Both the position numbers and the translations under genes were made by a program. Below the pieces are notes generated by a model. The model was given only the letters and a program-made list of their open reading frames with translations. It searched no databases and was not told where the DNA came from. A stretch of 64,000 nucleotides of DNA, taken from assembly GCA_964599025.1 (NCBI GenBank), contig CAZREC010000001.1, forward strand, positions 9,820 through 73,819. The letters are read 5' to 3'. Positions within the stretch are counted from its first letter, which is position 1; each line of letters begins with the position of its first letter. Of this stretch, positions 50,100-61,179 are shown piece by piece. Origin of the DNA: an uncultured Muribaculaceae bacterium (lineage in GTDB: Bacteria; Bacteroidota; Bacteroidia; Bacteroidales; UBA932).

Positions 50100-50792
50100 T
50101 TATCTCAACTGGAAGATCACAGGGAAAGTGTAACGAACCTTTACCGGTTTGTTTCTTTGTTTTCCTGGTTTCCATTTAGGAGAGGAAGCAACAACACGTT
50201 GGGCTTCCTTGTCAAGAGAAGCATCAACACCTCTGACAACCTTTACGTCACTAACGCTACCGTCAGTACCAACTAGAAACTGAAGAATTACGCGGCCCTG
50301 AACACCGTTTTCCTTGGCAATCTCAGGATATACAAGTCTGTCGAACACCCATTTGGTAAATGTGTTTTCGTCACCACCCTGAAAAGAAGGTTTTTCTTCT
50401 ACAATAGTGAAAGGAATTTCCTCTTCTTCAATAACCTCTTCTTTTCCTCCTTTTACATATTCTTTAATCTCAACGCCAAGCTTGCTATTATCTTCTGTGC
50501 TGATAACAAGGTCATTAGACAGTTTCATGTCGTCATCTACAATTTCAATTACGTCAGAAACAACAGGAATTTTAGGCATTTCAGGAGGAGGAGGAGGAGT
50601 TTCTGTGGTCAATGGTACCATTTCTTCCTCTATTATTACTGCATTGTCTCCCTCCAGGGTAGAAGCAGATTTTTCATAGGTTTTCCACTCAAAAGCAAAA
50701 AGGACCACAGCTAATGTTAATACGAGGCCAATCTCTCTGAATAGAAATTTCTTGTTTTCTAGGTTTGCCTTAATAGTTTTCTTTATTTCCAT
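50100..50792 (-). CDS. tonB: Energy transducer TonB
   Basis: TM anchor, PPPPP linker, YPEIAKENGVQGRV, KWKPGKQ...PVIF. Confidence 0.93.
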   Translation of the reverse strand: MEIKKTIKANLENKKFLFREIGLVLTLAVVLFAFEWKTYEKSASTLEGDNAVIIEEEMVPLTTETPPPPPEMPKIPVVSDVIEIVDDDMKLSNDLVISTEDNSKLGVEIKEYVKGGKEEVIEEEEIPFTIVEEKPSFQGGDENTFTKWVFDRLVYPEIAKENGVQGRVILQFLVGTDGSVSDVKVVRGVDASLDKEAQRVVASSPKWKPGKQRNKPVKVRYTFPVIFQLR

Positions 50793-50944
50793 AACTTAAT
50801 GTGTGTACAGATGTTTATCAGAATGTAAAAATAGTAAGAAATAATTATTAGACAAAAGTAATTGTGGATAAACTTTTAAATAATAACTCTAAATACAAGT
50901 AAATAAGGCAGATAAAATTCTGTTAAATTGTTAAAAACTTTTTG

Positions 50945-51018
<74 letters not shown>

Positions 51019-51061
51019 ATATCTTTGGGTCTGCAAAGATGATAAATATATTTAATATCTC

Positions 51062-52003
51062 CTAAACGAGATTAAGTTCATTAAGTACCTGGTTGGTTGA
51101 CCTTACAGAATCTGCACTTTGGCGGAAGAGTTGTTTTTCTTCTTCATTAAGGTTAAGTTGAACTATCCTTTCCCAGCCTTTTCTACCAACAACAACAGGA
51201 ACACCAAGACAAATATCATTCTGGCCATACTCTCCTTCAAGTAAAACACTACAAGGATAGATTTTCTTTTCATCCAGAACAATAGATCTTACAAGCGCAG
51301 CTGCTGCTGCCCCCGGAGCGTACCAGGCAGATGTTCCGAGATGTTTTGTGAGTGTTGCTCCGCCTACCATCGTTTCCTGAGCAACCTTCTCAAGAGCAGA
51401 CTTGGAAACGAGTTCGCTAACAGGTATCCCTCTTAAGTTTGCAAACCTTGTAAGTGGAATCATTGTTGTATCGCCATGACCACCGATAACCATCCCTGCA
51501 ACATCACTCGCTGGTGCGTCAAGTGCTTTTTTAAGATAATAGACGAAACGGTTACTATCCAATATCCCCCCCATTCCTATTACCTTGTTCTTAACGAGAT
51601 TTTTAGTTTTAACGGTAAGGTATGTCATGGTATCCATTGGGTTAGAAATCATAACAATAACGGCATTAGGAGAATATTTAAGGGCATTTTCTACAACCTC
51701 GTTAACAATGGCAGCATTTGTTCCTATCAGTTCTTCACGTGTCATGCCGGGTTTTCTGGGAATTCCGGAAGTTATGACAACCACGGCCGATTTGGCAGTC
51801 GCTTCATAATTATTTGTTACTCCTGTAATCTTTGTGTCAAATCGTAACAACTTTGCTGTTTGCATCATATCGATAGCTTTTCCTTCAGCAATACCTGGTT
51901 TGATGTCTAGTAAAACAATCTCACCGGCAAACTGCATCATATTCATAGCGTTTACACAAGTTGCTCCAACGTTCCCAGCTCCAATGACAGTTATTTTAGC
52001 CAT
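51062..52003 (-). CDS. mdh: Malate dehydrogenase (LDH-like)
   Basis: GAGNVG, GIPRKPGMTREEL, SNPMD, GGHGD, SAWYAPG. Confidence 0.95.
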   Translation of the reverse strand: MAKITVIGAGNVGATCVNAMNMMQFAGEIVLLDIKPGIAEGKAIDMMQTAKLLRFDTKITGVTNNYEATAKSAVVVITSGIPRKPGMTREELIGTNAAIVNEVVENALKYSPNAVIVMISNPMDTMTYLTVKTKNLVKNKVIGMGGILDSNRFVYYLKKALDAPASDVAGMVIGGHGDTTMIPLTRFANLRGIPVSELVSKSALEKVAQETMVGGATLTKHLGTSAWYAPGAAAAALVRSIVLDEKKIYPCSVLLEGEYGQNDICLGVPVVVGRKGWERIVQLNLNEEEKQLFRQSADSVRSTNQVLNELNLV

Positions 52004-52062
52004 AATTTTTTAAAGTATTAATTTATATATTTTTGTATTTTTGCATCAAAATAATAATTCTT

Positions 52063-52416
52063 ATGGAATCGATTACCAATTTCCGCACATATCGTGCCAA
52101 AATGAATAAAATTATCCTTGATTCGGACAATTTATTTTTCAAGCGCTTCTTCAATTTAGACACGCGCACGTATGAGGAAGGAGCCTTGTCTGCACAGACC
52201 AAAGAGATGCTGGGATTGGTCGCTTCTTTAGTACTAAGATGTGACGATTGTGTAAAGTATCACATTGAAAAATGTTTTGAACTGAAAGTAACCAGGGAAC
52301 AGCTATTCGAAATATTTTCAGTTGCGAACCTTGTAGGAGGATCAATTGTTATACCACATACAAGAAGAGCGATAGAATACTGGGACGAGCTAGAGGAGAT
52401 GAATAAAAATGATTAG
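52063..52416 (+). CDS. Carboxymuconolactone decarboxylase / AhpD-like protein
   Basis: TKEMLGLVASLVLRCDDCVKYH (CxxC). Confidence 0.85.
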   Translation: MESITNFRTYRAKMNKIILDSDNLFFKRFFNLDTRTYEEGALSAQTKEMLGLVASLVLRCDDCVKYHIEKCFELKVTREQLFEIFSVANLVGGSIVIPHTRRAIEYWDELEEMNKND

Positions 52417-52864
52417 CTATTTAAAAGAGAACACAGATTTTAACTTTAGAAACAGACGCAATTGTACAAAATGGATAAAATCTGTCATCAGCGAAGAGGT
52501 CTGTAAATCCATAATTGTTAAACCAAATTGTAAAGTTACAGCAGGCGATATATCAATTGTCTTCTGTTCAGACACATATCTGTTAGAGATTAATAAGAAA
52601 TTTCTTTCGCATGACTATTTAACAGATGTTATTACTTTCGACTATTCAACTGAGAAACAAATTTCCGGTGATATTTTTATTAGCATAGATGCTGTCAGAG
52701 CTAATTCAAAAATTTACAAACAAGATTTCAAGAAGGAGCTTTATCGTGTGATGATACATGGCATTTTACATTTGCTGGGTTATAAGGACAAAACAAAAAT
52801 GCAGAAGCAGGTTATGAGAGATAAAGAAGATTTTTACTTGAATAATAGAGAATTTAATGACTGA
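52409..52864 (+). CDS. ybeY: rRNA maturation endoribonuclease YbeY
   Basis: [28 protein letters not shown]. Confidence 0.95.
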   Translation: MISYLKENTDFNFRNRRNCTKWIKSVISEEVCKSIIVKPNCKVTAGDISIVFCSDTYLLEINKKFLSHDYLTDVITFDYSTEKQISGDIFISIDAVRANSKIYKQDFKKELYRVMIHGILHLLGYKDKTKMQKQVMRDKEDFYLNNREFND

Positions 52865-54938
52865 TAGTTACGACATAATTGTAATAGGAGCAGGACATGC
52901 CGGTTGTGAAGCGGCTCATGCAGCAGCAAAATTGGGTTCTCATGTTCTTTTAATTACAATGGACATGGGGAAAATTGCCCAAATGTCATGCAATCCTGCT
53001 ATAGGAGGTATAGCAAAAGGACAAATCGTCAGAGAGATAGATGCGCTTGGAGGTTATACAGGACTTATAACAGATGCAAGTACTCTACAATTCAGAATGC
53101 TAAACAGATCAAAAGGGCCTGCAATGTGGAGTCCCAGGGCGCAGTGTGACCGGCAGCATTTTTCTCTTAACTGGAGGTTCCTTCTCGAAAACACAAACAA
53201 TCTTAACTTATGGCAAGATACAGTAACCGAATTTATTTTCGACGGAAATAGCATAAAAGGTGTAAAAACATCACTGGGAGCAAATTTCTTCGCAAAAGCA
53301 ATTATTTTAACTGCTGGAACTTTTCTGAACGGAAAATTATTTGTCGGACAAAATTCTGTAGTAGGAGGAAGGATAGGAGAATTACCCTCCTTAAATATAT
53401 CTGAACAACTTATCAGTAAGGGAGTTGTAGTTGACAAAATGAAGACCGGAACTCCTCCACGATTGGATGTAAGATCAATAGACCTTACAAAGCTACAAGT
53501 ACAGCAAGGAGATGATGCTCCGGAAAAGTTTTCTTTTCTGAATATACCTTCTCCTGTTCAAGGAAGCATAAAACAGATGTGCTGTTATATGGTACACACA
53601 AACCAGAAAGTTCATGATATACTAAAAAGTGGATTTAAATTCTCTCCTCTCTTTTCGGGAAAAATAACAGGAAGAGGACCGCGATACTGTCCAAGTATAG
53701 AAGATAAATTAAAAACATTTTCTGATAAAACATCGCATCAGCTATTTCTTGAACCTGAGGGATGGAACACTAATGAGTATTATCTTCAAGGTTTTTCATC
53801 ATCTCTTCCATTAGATATACAATATGAAGCGCTCAGAGCAATCCCGGGATTCGAAAATGTTGTAATATTCAGACCAGCCTATGCAGTAGAATATGATTAT
53901 TTCCCACCAACACAGCTATATCATACACTGGAACTTAAAAATATCCCGGGTCTATACTTTGCCGGGCAAGTTAATGGTACCACAGGATACGAGGAAGCAG
54001 CAGCACAAGGGCTAATGGCAGGCATAAATGCACACCTGAAGATTTCTGGTAAAGAACCATTAATTCTGAAGCGTGACCAGGCATACATAGGAGTTCTCAT
54101 AGATGATCTGGTTACAAAAGGAGTTGACGAACCCTACCGAATGTTTACATCAAGAGCAGAGTATAGAATACTACTAAGACAAGACAATGCCGACTTGAGA
54201 CTAACACCTATAGCACATGAAATTGGCCTTGCCTCTGAAGAACGAATGAATTTACTAACCAAAAAATATATCGCAGTTAGTGCTTTAACGGAATTTCTTG
54301 ATAATAGTTCACTTTTACCAGAGGAGATTAACTCATATCTCATTAATGTTAATTCTTCAGAAATTATCCAAAAAAAGAAAATTTCCGATATTCTATGCAG
54401 GCCACATGTAAACATATTAGACGTTCTTAAAATTGTTCCACGTGAAACTTATAATGACTATATTCAACAAAAAGAGCAAGTTGAGAGCTTTTCTTTTGCT
54501 GTGGATTTTATTAAAAGTGTTAGTTTAATTTCTGGTGAAGATCTCTCTGCGAGTAAGGCATACAATGTTTTAGCAAATAATCTGAGCGAAGCATTTCATG
54601 CGGTTAAAGATGCTTTTAAATTACCATATGAGGTAGATGTATATAAAGACAAATCTACTTCTGCAGAATTATCTGTAAAAGAGATCATAGAATCGGCAGA
54701 AATATTGATAAAGTATAGAGGATACATCGACAGAGAAAAAAGAATTGCTACTAAAATTCTAAAGCTCGAAGATGTAAAAATTCCGGAAAATTATGACTTT
54801 GCTTCACTTAAATCGTTATCAATAGAGTCTAGGCAGAAGCTGGAAAAGCACAGACCAAAAAACATTTCGCAGGCTTCACGTATCCCGGGAGTTTCCCCAT
54901 CGGATATTTCTGTTTTGCTTGTCTGCTTTGGAAGATAG
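52857..54938 (+). CDS. mnmG: tRNA uridine 5-carboxymethylaminomethyl modification enzyme MnmG (GidA)
   Basis: [59 protein letters not shown]. Confidence 0.98.
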   Translation: MTDSYDIIVIGAGHAGCEAAHAAAKLGSHVLLITMDMGKIAQMSCNPAIGGIAKGQIVREIDALGGYTGLITDASTLQFRMLNRSKGPAMWSPRAQCDRQHFSLNWRFLLENTNNLNLWQDTVTEFIFDGNSIKGVKTSLGANFFAKAIILTAGTFLNGKLFVGQNSVVGGRIGELPSLNISEQLISKGVVVDKMKTGTPPRLDVRSIDLTKLQVQQGDDAPEKFSFLNIPSPVQGSIKQMCCYMVHTNQKVHDILKSGFKFSPLFSGKITGRGPRYCPSIEDKLKTFSDKTSHQLFLEPEGWNTNEYYLQGFSSSLPLDIQYEALRAIPGFENVVIFRPAYAVEYDYFPPTQLYHTLELKNIPGLYFAGQVNGTTGYEEAAAQGLMAGINAHLKISGKEPLILKRDQAYIGVLIDDLVTKGVDEPYRMFTSRAEYRILLRQDNADLRLTPIAHEIGLASEERMNLLTKKYIAVSALTEFLDNSSLLPEEINSYLINVNSSEIIQKKKISDILCRPHVNILDVLKIVPRETYNDYIQQKEQVESFSFAVDFIKSVSLISGEDLSASKAYNVLANNLSEAFHAVKDAFKLPYEVDVYKDKSTSAELSVKEIIESAEILIKYRGYIDREKRIATKILKLEDVKIPENYDFASLKSLSIESRQKLEKHRPKNISQASRIPGVSPSDISVLLVCFGR
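54434..54449. promoter_or_regulatory. parS-like centromere site within mnmG
   Basis: TGTTCCACGTGAAACT vs consensus TGTT(T/C)CACGTGAAACA. Confidence 0.8.
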
Positions 54939-54950
54939 GAAGATAGAGTA

Positions 54951-54966
54951 TGTTCCACGAGGAACG
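54951..54966. promoter_or_regulatory. Degenerate parS-like site downstream of mnmG
   Basis: TGTTCCACGAGGAACG. Confidence 0.6.
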
Positions 54967-54972
54967 GCAATA

Positions 54973-55857
54973 CTATTCCATTGGTAAGGAAAGGTGTAAT
55001 TTTTTCAGACTCTCAGTTTTAGTTGCATCAAAACTTAAATAAAGTGCAGACTGGCTAACGACCCTCTCACTTGAAAAAAAAGCAGAGGATGATTCAATCT
55101 CGATATCTTCTGTACAGGGATATTCAGATATTATTGCAGAAATTAAACATTCAACCTCTTTATTATTCCTGACATTTGTCTCCAGTACGTGTATCTTTTT
55201 TCCGTTTTCTTCTATTGGATAGGCAATATAATAAAGGAAACGGGAGTGTTGATTAGAAATCATTTCAATCTTTTTACAGGACCCCGACCTGCTTAACACC
55301 TCAAATATTGCGTATTCTAATATTTTTTTTGGCCATAGAAAATATGAGCCGGCAAAAGAATCTTGCCTAAGAGTATATAGTTCTGTAATATCAAGGGGAT
55401 AAATGCTTAGATTATTCTCTGGATCATGACTTATATCTTTAACTTGATAAATTGTGTTGCTTTTAACAAGAGTGCCTTTAAATATTTGTGAATAGAAATT
55501 GAAAAGAGAGTCTGTGGCGGGTTTAACCAAAAGATATGATAAACCATCCTTACGACAATCGTTAATTGCCGACTCCATTAAAATCCGGGAGTATGAATTA
55601 CCTCTATGCTCAGGCAGTGTTCCAACAGCATAGAGGTAACCTCCCTTATTAATTTCATTTTCTGAATTAAAATATGAGGGAATAATAGAGAGACAAGATA
55701 CAAATTGGTGTTTTTCTACCTCAAGTATCCATGTTTTTGTATGAGGAAAGCAGGACTTAAGATAATTATTTATATATGCCTGATCATCAGTGAAACAAGC
55801 AAGCCATATCTTAAATATATGTTCTCTGTCTTTATTTGTTGCTAAACGGATAGTCAT
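54973..55857 (-). CDS. GNAT-family N-acetyltransferase
   Basis: IRLAT, YLYAVGTLPEHRGNSYSRILM, VKPA...LFNFY. Confidence 0.85.
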   Translation of the reverse strand: MTIRLATNKDREHIFKIWLACFTDDQAYINNYLKSCFPHTKTWILEVEKHQFVSCLSIIPSYFNSENEINKGGYLYAVGTLPEHRGNSYSRILMESAINDCRKDGLSYLLVKPATDSLFNFYSQIFKGTLVKSNTIYQVKDISHDPENNLSIYPLDITELYTLRQDSFAGSYFLWPKKILEYAIFEVLSRSGSCKKIEMISNQHSRFLYYIAYPIEENGKKIHVLETNVRNNKEVECLISAIISEYPCTEDIEIESSSAFFSSERVVSQSALYLSFDATKTESLKKLHLSLPME

Positions 55858-57633
55858 TTAGCTGTCATACTTATAGATATCATTAATTAAGTCGGAATAT
55901 TTTGCCTTTACTTTACTGCGTTTTAGTTTAAGGGTTTGGGATAACATATCATTAATAGGGGTCCACTCGTCATTTATTAATTTTGGCCTTTTTATTTGTT
56001 CATGAGAAGCGAGTTTCTGATTCACGGCATCAATTTCTCTTAGAATTTTCTTCTGCACCTCAGGATTTTTTATCAAATCATCGTTGTCTGTAAATTGAAC
56101 CTTGTGTTTTGCTGCCCAAAAATGTAGTCTGCTGAAGGATGGAATAATAAGAGCCGAAGCAAATTTTTGATTTTCTCCAACAACCATGCAGTTTTCTATG
56201 TATGACGACTCTTTAAGCATATTTTCAATAACCTGTGGCGCTACATATTTTCCTGCAGAAAGTTTGAAAATCTCTTTCTTTCTATCTGTAATTTTAAGGA
56301 ATATTTTGTCTACCATTACTCCGATATCTCCTGTATGAAGCCATCCATCACTATCAATGACAGTTTTTGTATACTCCGGGTCTTTGTAGTAACCCATCAT
56401 AATATGTGGGCCCCGGCTTAAGATCTCTCCGTCTTCTGCAATCATCATCTCTGTACCTTCCATTGCCTTACCAACGGTGCCGATTTTTATTATCATCTCT
56501 TTTGGATTGTTGACGGCTATTACAGGAGAGGCTTCGGTCATGCCGTAACCTTCAAATATATACATCTTTGCAGCGGTAAAAAGACGGATGATTTTTGCCT
56601 GAATTGCCGAACCACCAGATACAATAAGCATCTCTTTTCCTCCAAGTTTCTCCCTCCATTTACTATATACTAGTTTATCCGCAACACTATACATCATATT
56701 ATAAAATAACCCTCTTTTTGTATAGTCATACTTACATGCAATTCTAAATGCCCAGTGGTATATAACTTTTTTTATTCCCTTCAGGTCCTTTCCTGCGGCC
56801 TCCAGTTTATTGAACATCATCTCCAGTACCCTTGGGACAGCACAAAAACCATCTGCATGACAATCTGCAAGGTCACTAGCTATTGTTGCAAGACTCTCGG
56901 CATAGTAGATGCTTATTCCGAGATATTGATAGTCGTAGTTCATACCTCTTTCGTATATGTGGCAAAGAGGTAAAAAACTTAGCATTTTATGTCTGTGGTC
57001 TCTGATTTGTTGAACAGCTGTACCGATGAAATTAAATACAAGGTTTTTATGTGAAAGCATAACACCTTTAGGGGTTCCGGTAGTTCCGGAGGTGTAAATT
57101 ATTGTAGCAAGATCATTTTCGCTGATATTCTTTTTATTATCTTCAACTACAGGAGCATAAACCGAGGATTTTTCCTCACCGAGTTTATATAATTCATCTA
57201 TGCACTTATATCCTGGAACAGCATCCATTGTGTAAATTTCAACCGGAACATCCATCTTGGCTATAATTGGGGCAATTTTTTTAATTATTGCATCGCCACC
57301 GGCAAAAATAATCTTAGCGTCGCTATGGGCAAAGATGTGTTTATAATCATCGGTACTTAATGTGGTATATACAGGAACGTGTACCATATGTGCCAGCGAT
57401 AGTCCCATGTCAATAAAGTTCCATTCAGGACGGTTGCTACAGATTGTTATAACCTTGTCCAATGGTTGCAAGCCAAGAGCGAGAAAAGCATGGGCAAGGG
57501 AGTGTGAATACTGACAATAATCATCTACAGAATACTTTATCCATTTGCCATTTACTCTTCTGCTAAGAATATCGTCTTTTGGAAACTGTTCCTTGAGCCT
57601 CTCAAGGAGATCAAAAACTCTGGTTACTTCCAT
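55858..57633 (-). CDS. Long-chain fatty acid--CoA ligase
   Basis: IIYTSGTTGTPKGVMLSH, LPLCH, EGYGMTE, GWLHTGDIG, ITDRKKE. Confidence 0.93.
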   Translation of the reverse strand: MEVTRVFDLLERLKEQFPKDDILSRRVNGKWIKYSVDDYCQYSHSLAHAFLALGLQPLDKVITICSNRPEWNFIDMGLSLAHMVHVPVYTTLSTDDYKHIFAHSDAKIIFAGGDAIIKKIAPIIAKMDVPVEIYTMDAVPGYKCIDELYKLGEEKSSVYAPVVEDNKKNISENDLATIIYTSGTTGTPKGVMLSHKNLVFNFIGTAVQQIRDHRHKMLSFLPLCHIYERGMNYDYQYLGISIYYAESLATIASDLADCHADGFCAVPRVLEMMFNKLEAAGKDLKGIKKVIYHWAFRIACKYDYTKRGLFYNMMYSVADKLVYSKWREKLGGKEMLIVSGGSAIQAKIIRLFTAAKMYIFEGYGMTEASPVIAVNNPKEMIIKIGTVGKAMEGTEMMIAEDGEILSRGPHIMMGYYKDPEYTKTVIDSDGWLHTGDIGVMVDKIFLKITDRKKEIFKLSAGKYVAPQVIENMLKESSYIENCMVVGENQKFASALIIPSFSRLHFWAAKHKVQFTDNDDLIKNPEVQKKILREIDAVNQKLASHEQIKRPKLINDEWTPINDMLSQTLKLKRSKVKAKYSDLINDIYKYDS

Positions 57634-57657
57634 AATTATAGTTTGTTAAGTTATTTT

Positions 57658-58680
57658 TTACAATAGTGCTTTTATATCTCTGATAAAGAGGTCTATATCC
57701 TCTTTTTGCGTGTTGAATGAACACATCCAGCGCACCTCGGTAGTAGGTTCGTCCCAAATATAGAAATAATGTTTTTCCTGCAATTTTTTGCATAAGTCAA
57801 ACGGAACATAGGCAAATACGGCATTGGTCTCCACTGGTCGGCTTATTCGTATTTGAGGAACAGCCTTAAGTTCACTCTCCAGATATTTGGCAATACTGTT
57901 TGATTGATTTGCAAGTTTTATGTTTAACCCACCTGACAGGTACGCTATAAATTGTGCAGCAATGAATCTGTTTTTTGAATATAGCTGTCCTGCCTGCTTT
58001 CTGATATATAGAAAGTTATCAGCCAATTCTTTCCTGAAAAAAACTACTGCCTCTCCAATGAGCAATCCGTTTTTTGTACCGCCGAAAGATAGAGCGTCAA
58101 CTCCAAGATCTGCAGTGAACTCTTTAATTGGCATATTCAATGATGCGGAAGCATTGGAAATTCGTGATCCGTCAACATGAAGAAGGCAGTTGTTCTCATG
58201 CATAAGATCGGCCAGTTCCTTTATCTCTTTTGGAGAATAAAGAGTTCCAAGCTCTGTAGGTTGAGATATTGAAAGAACCTTAATTTGTGCATGATGTTGA
58301 GAACCAAAGCCTTTAAGTTCCTTTTTTACATTTTCGGGAGTTACTTTGCCATCTTTTGATGGAATAGGTATTAATTTGCATCCGGTCATCTTCTCCGGAG
58401 CAGCACACTCGTCACAGTTAATATGCGCCATATCTGGACAAAGAATGGCATTATAGCTGTTAGTCATAGCTTTAAGAGCTAGTATATTTGCGCCGGTTCC
58501 ATTAAAAACAAAAAAAGCTTCGGCATTATCCCCGAGTTGTTCCTTAAAAATAAGAGAAGCTGCTTTAGTTAGTTCATCTTCGCCATAAGCGACTTGAAAA
58601 TCTTTGTTTGCATTAATTATAGCCTCCAGTATTTCCGGTGCAACTCCGGAGTGATTGTCACTTCCAAAACTATGTAACAT
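57658..58680 (-). CDS. Low-specificity L-threonine aldolase
   Basis: SFGSDNHSG, YGED, NGTGAN, QPTELGT, HVDGSR, SFGGTKNG. Confidence 0.9.
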   Translation of the reverse strand: MLHSFGSDNHSGVAPEILEAIINANKDFQVAYGEDELTKAASLIFKEQLGDNAEAFFVFNGTGANILALKAMTNSYNAILCPDMAHINCDECAAPEKMTGCKLIPIPSKDGKVTPENVKKELKGFGSQHHAQIKVLSISQPTELGTLYSPKEIKELADLMHENNCLLHVDGSRISNASASLNMPIKEFTADLGVDALSFGGTKNGLLIGEAVVFFRKELADNFLYIRKQAGQLYSKNRFIAAQFIAYLSGGLNIKLANQSNSIAKYLESELKAVPQIRISRPVETNAVFAYVPFDLCKKLQEKHYFYIWDEPTTEVRWMCSFNTQKEDIDLFIRDIKALL

Positions 58681-58717
58681 AAATTATGAATAATAAATTG
58701 TGTGGTGTAAATATAAT

Positions 58718-58752
58718 AAAAAAACCCTTTGGCTTGATTCCAAAGGGTTTTT
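58718..58752. terminator. Intrinsic terminator after gcvH
   Basis: AAAAACCCTTTGG/CCAAAGGGTTTTT with A and T runs. Confidence 0.75.
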
Positions 58753-58774
58753 GTTTATTTCAAACAGGGAAATA

Positions 58775-59149
58775 CTACAATATTGCTTTGTATGCATCAG
58801 CATCTAAAAGAGCATCAACTTCTGACAAATCAGTCATTTTGATTTTTACCATCCAACCATCACCATAAGGATCCTTGTTAACAGATTCAGGTGAATTCTC
58901 CAGATTGGAGTTAACCTCTATTATTGTGCCGGATACAGGCATTAAGGCATCAGCTACGGTTTTTACTGCTTCAATTGCACCAAAAACCTCTGTTTTTTCA
59001 AGGGTTTCACCTTCAGTTTGGATATCAACAAACACGATATCACCTAATTGGCCTTGTGCAAAGTCTGTGATACCAACTGTTGCGATATCACCGTCTACCT
59101 TTACCCACTCGTGGTCATTACTGTACTTAAGATTTGCAGGAATATTCAT
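58775..59149 (-). CDS. gcvH: Glycine cleavage system H protein
   Basis: HEWV, GITDFAQGQLGDIVFV, lipoyl-Lys EAVKTV, NKDPYGDGW. Confidence 0.97.
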   Translation of the reverse strand: MNIPANLKYSNDHEWVKVDGDIATVGITDFAQGQLGDIVFVDIQTEGETLEKTEVFGAIEAVKTVADALMPVSGTIIEVNSNLENSPESVNKDPYGDGWMVKIKMTDLSEVDALLDADAYKAIL

Positions 59150-59195
59150 ATATAAATGATTAAATTTTTCGCAAATGTACTAAAATTATTTAATA

Positions 59196-59786
59196 TTATA
59201 ATCGTTTTAACGCAAGCTTGATAAGTTCCTCCAGTTTATATCCGGGGCTTTCTTTCATTAGTGATTCAATCACTTTATCGACATTTGGTTTGGAAAATCC
59301 TAAAAGGACAAGAGCAGTTGTAGCCTCTTCGCGTTGCGCAGAACCGGCTGATAGAACGAACGATGATGAAGCTCCTGAGTTTCCGCCTTTGACAATTTTG
59401 TCTTTAAGTTCAATAAGCATCCGCTGAGCCGTTTTGAGGCCTATTCCCTTAATACTTTTGAGTTTGTTTATATCGCCGCTAATAATTGCGTTTCTGATTT
59501 CATCTGAAGACATTGACGAGAGCATCATTCTGGCAGTGTTTGGTCCGATTCCGGAAACCTCTATAAGGAGGCAAAAAATATAACGCTCCTCCTTGTCGGA
59601 AAACCCGAACAAAAGCTCAATGTCTTCTCTGAGATGGTGGTATATAAATAATTTAGCTTCACTACCCATCTGCAATTTTGAATATGTCTGAAGAGAAATC
59701 AGTACTTTATATCCGATATTACTGGTTTCCAAAACAACTTCTGTTGGACCGAGTTCTGTGATTGTGCCTTTGATATAATCGTACAT
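59196..59786 (-). CDS. ruvA: Holliday junction DNA helicase RuvA
   Basis: MYDYIKG, REDIELLFGF, VSGIGPNTA, IKGIGLKTAQRMLIELKDK. Confidence 0.97.
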   Translation of the reverse strand: MYDYIKGTITELGPTEVVLETSNIGYKVLISLQTYSKLQMGSEAKLFIYHHLREDIELLFGFSDKEERYIFCLLIEVSGIGPNTARMMLSSMSSDEIRNAIISGDINKLKSIKGIGLKTAQRMLIELKDKIVKGGNSGASSSFVLSAGSAQREEATTALVLLGFSKPNVDKVIESLMKESPGYKLEELIKLALKRL

Positions 59787-59895
59787 AAGAGATTAAATAA
59801 ACAATTAGGGCAAATTTATGTTTTTTAAAATAGAAACAGAAACTTTGTTTTGCTAATTTTGCAAAACGTTGCATCTGAATAAATACAAATAATTA

Positions 59896-61122
59896 ATGGA
59901 ACTGATAAAAGACGTTGATAGCATTCGTAAATTATTTCCTGCTCTTGACCAGAAAGTAAATAACAAGAGTCTTGTTTACTTCGACAATGGAGCCACAGCA
60001 CAGAAGCCTTTGTCTGTTATTGAGCTGACAAATAAGATGAATTCCGGTACCAATGGTAATATTCACCGGGCTGTTCATGAACTGAGTGCAAGGACTACAG
60101 AGTTATACGAAGGAGCCAGAGAGGATATCAGAAGGTTCATAAATGCAAAAGAGAGGGAAGAGGTTATTTTTACATCAGGGACAACAGCTTCCATTAATCT
60201 GGTTGCCAATAGTTTCTGTCAGAATTTTCTAAAAAAGGGAGATGCTGTTATTGTTACAGAGGCAGAACACCACTCAAATATTGTTCCTTGGCAGATGGTC
60301 TGTGAACGGACAGGAGCTGAATTAAGGGTACTGCCTGTTGACAGTAACGGAGAGTGGCAGATGGAGAAACTAACAGGTATTCTGGATAATAGGGTAAAAA
60401 TTATATCCGTGGCACACGTATCCAATGTACTTGGTATAGTTAATCCGGTTAAGGAACTTATATATGTCGCACATAAAAAAGGAGTGCCGGTAATGATAGA
60501 TGGTGCACAGGGAGTAGTTCATTGTAAGGTTGATGTACAAGATCTTGATTGTGACTTCTATGCATTTTCGGGACACAAGCTGTATGGTCCTACCGGAATA
60601 GGTGTTCTTTATGGCAAAAGGGAGTTTTTAGACAAGATGCCCCCTTGGCTTGGTGGGGGGGATATGGTAGGAACGGTAGCATTCAATAAAACTACCTATG
60701 CCGACCTTCCTCTTAAGTTTGAGGCAGGAACTCCAAACTTTATAGGGGCCGCTGGACTGGGAGAGGCTGTGAGATTTGTCCGGTCTATAGATGTAGATTT
60801 TATGAAAAAACATGAGGAAGAACTAGTCAATTGTCTCATAAACAGTCTGTCAACTATTAATGGAGTTAAGGTTTTTGGAGCATCACCCAATAAGATTTCC
60901 CTGTTTTCCTTTACTGTTGAGGGGGTTCATCCTACTGACCTTGCAATGTTGATGGACAAAATGGGAGTTGCCTTGCGATCTGGCCTGATGTGTTCAGAAC
61001 CACTGATGACAAGATTCGGAGTTACAGGAATGCTAAGGGCTTCACTTGCTATGTACAACACAGTGAGCGAGTCGGAGTATTTTATTGACTCATTGAAAAG
61101 GGCATTGAAGATGCTTTCATAA
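59896..61122 (+). CDS. sufS: Cysteine desulfurase, SufS type
   Basis: YFDNGATAQKP, EHHSNIVPW, DGAQ, FSGHKLYGPTG, FEAGTP, RSGLMC; followed by sufE. Confidence 0.93.
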   Translation: MELIKDVDSIRKLFPALDQKVNNKSLVYFDNGATAQKPLSVIELTNKMNSGTNGNIHRAVHELSARTTELYEGAREDIRRFINAKEREEVIFTSGTTASINLVANSFCQNFLKKGDAVIVTEAEHHSNIVPWQMVCERTGAELRVLPVDSNGEWQMEKLTGILDNRVKIISVAHVSNVLGIVNPVKELIYVAHKKGVPVMIDGAQGVVHCKVDVQDLDCDFYAFSGHKLYGPTGIGVLYGKREFLDKMPPWLGGGDMVGTVAFNKTTYADLPLKFEAGTPNFIGAAGLGEAVRFVRSIDVDFMKKHEEELVNCLINSLSTINGVKVFGASPNKISLFSFTVEGVHPTDLAMLMDKMGVALRSGLMCSEPLMTRFGVTGMLRASLAMYNTVSESEYFIDSLKRALKMLS

Positions 61123-61179
61123 TTAGTGAAGTTATAGTTAATATAAACATAGGCATTAGAAAGAAAATAAGAATAATAA

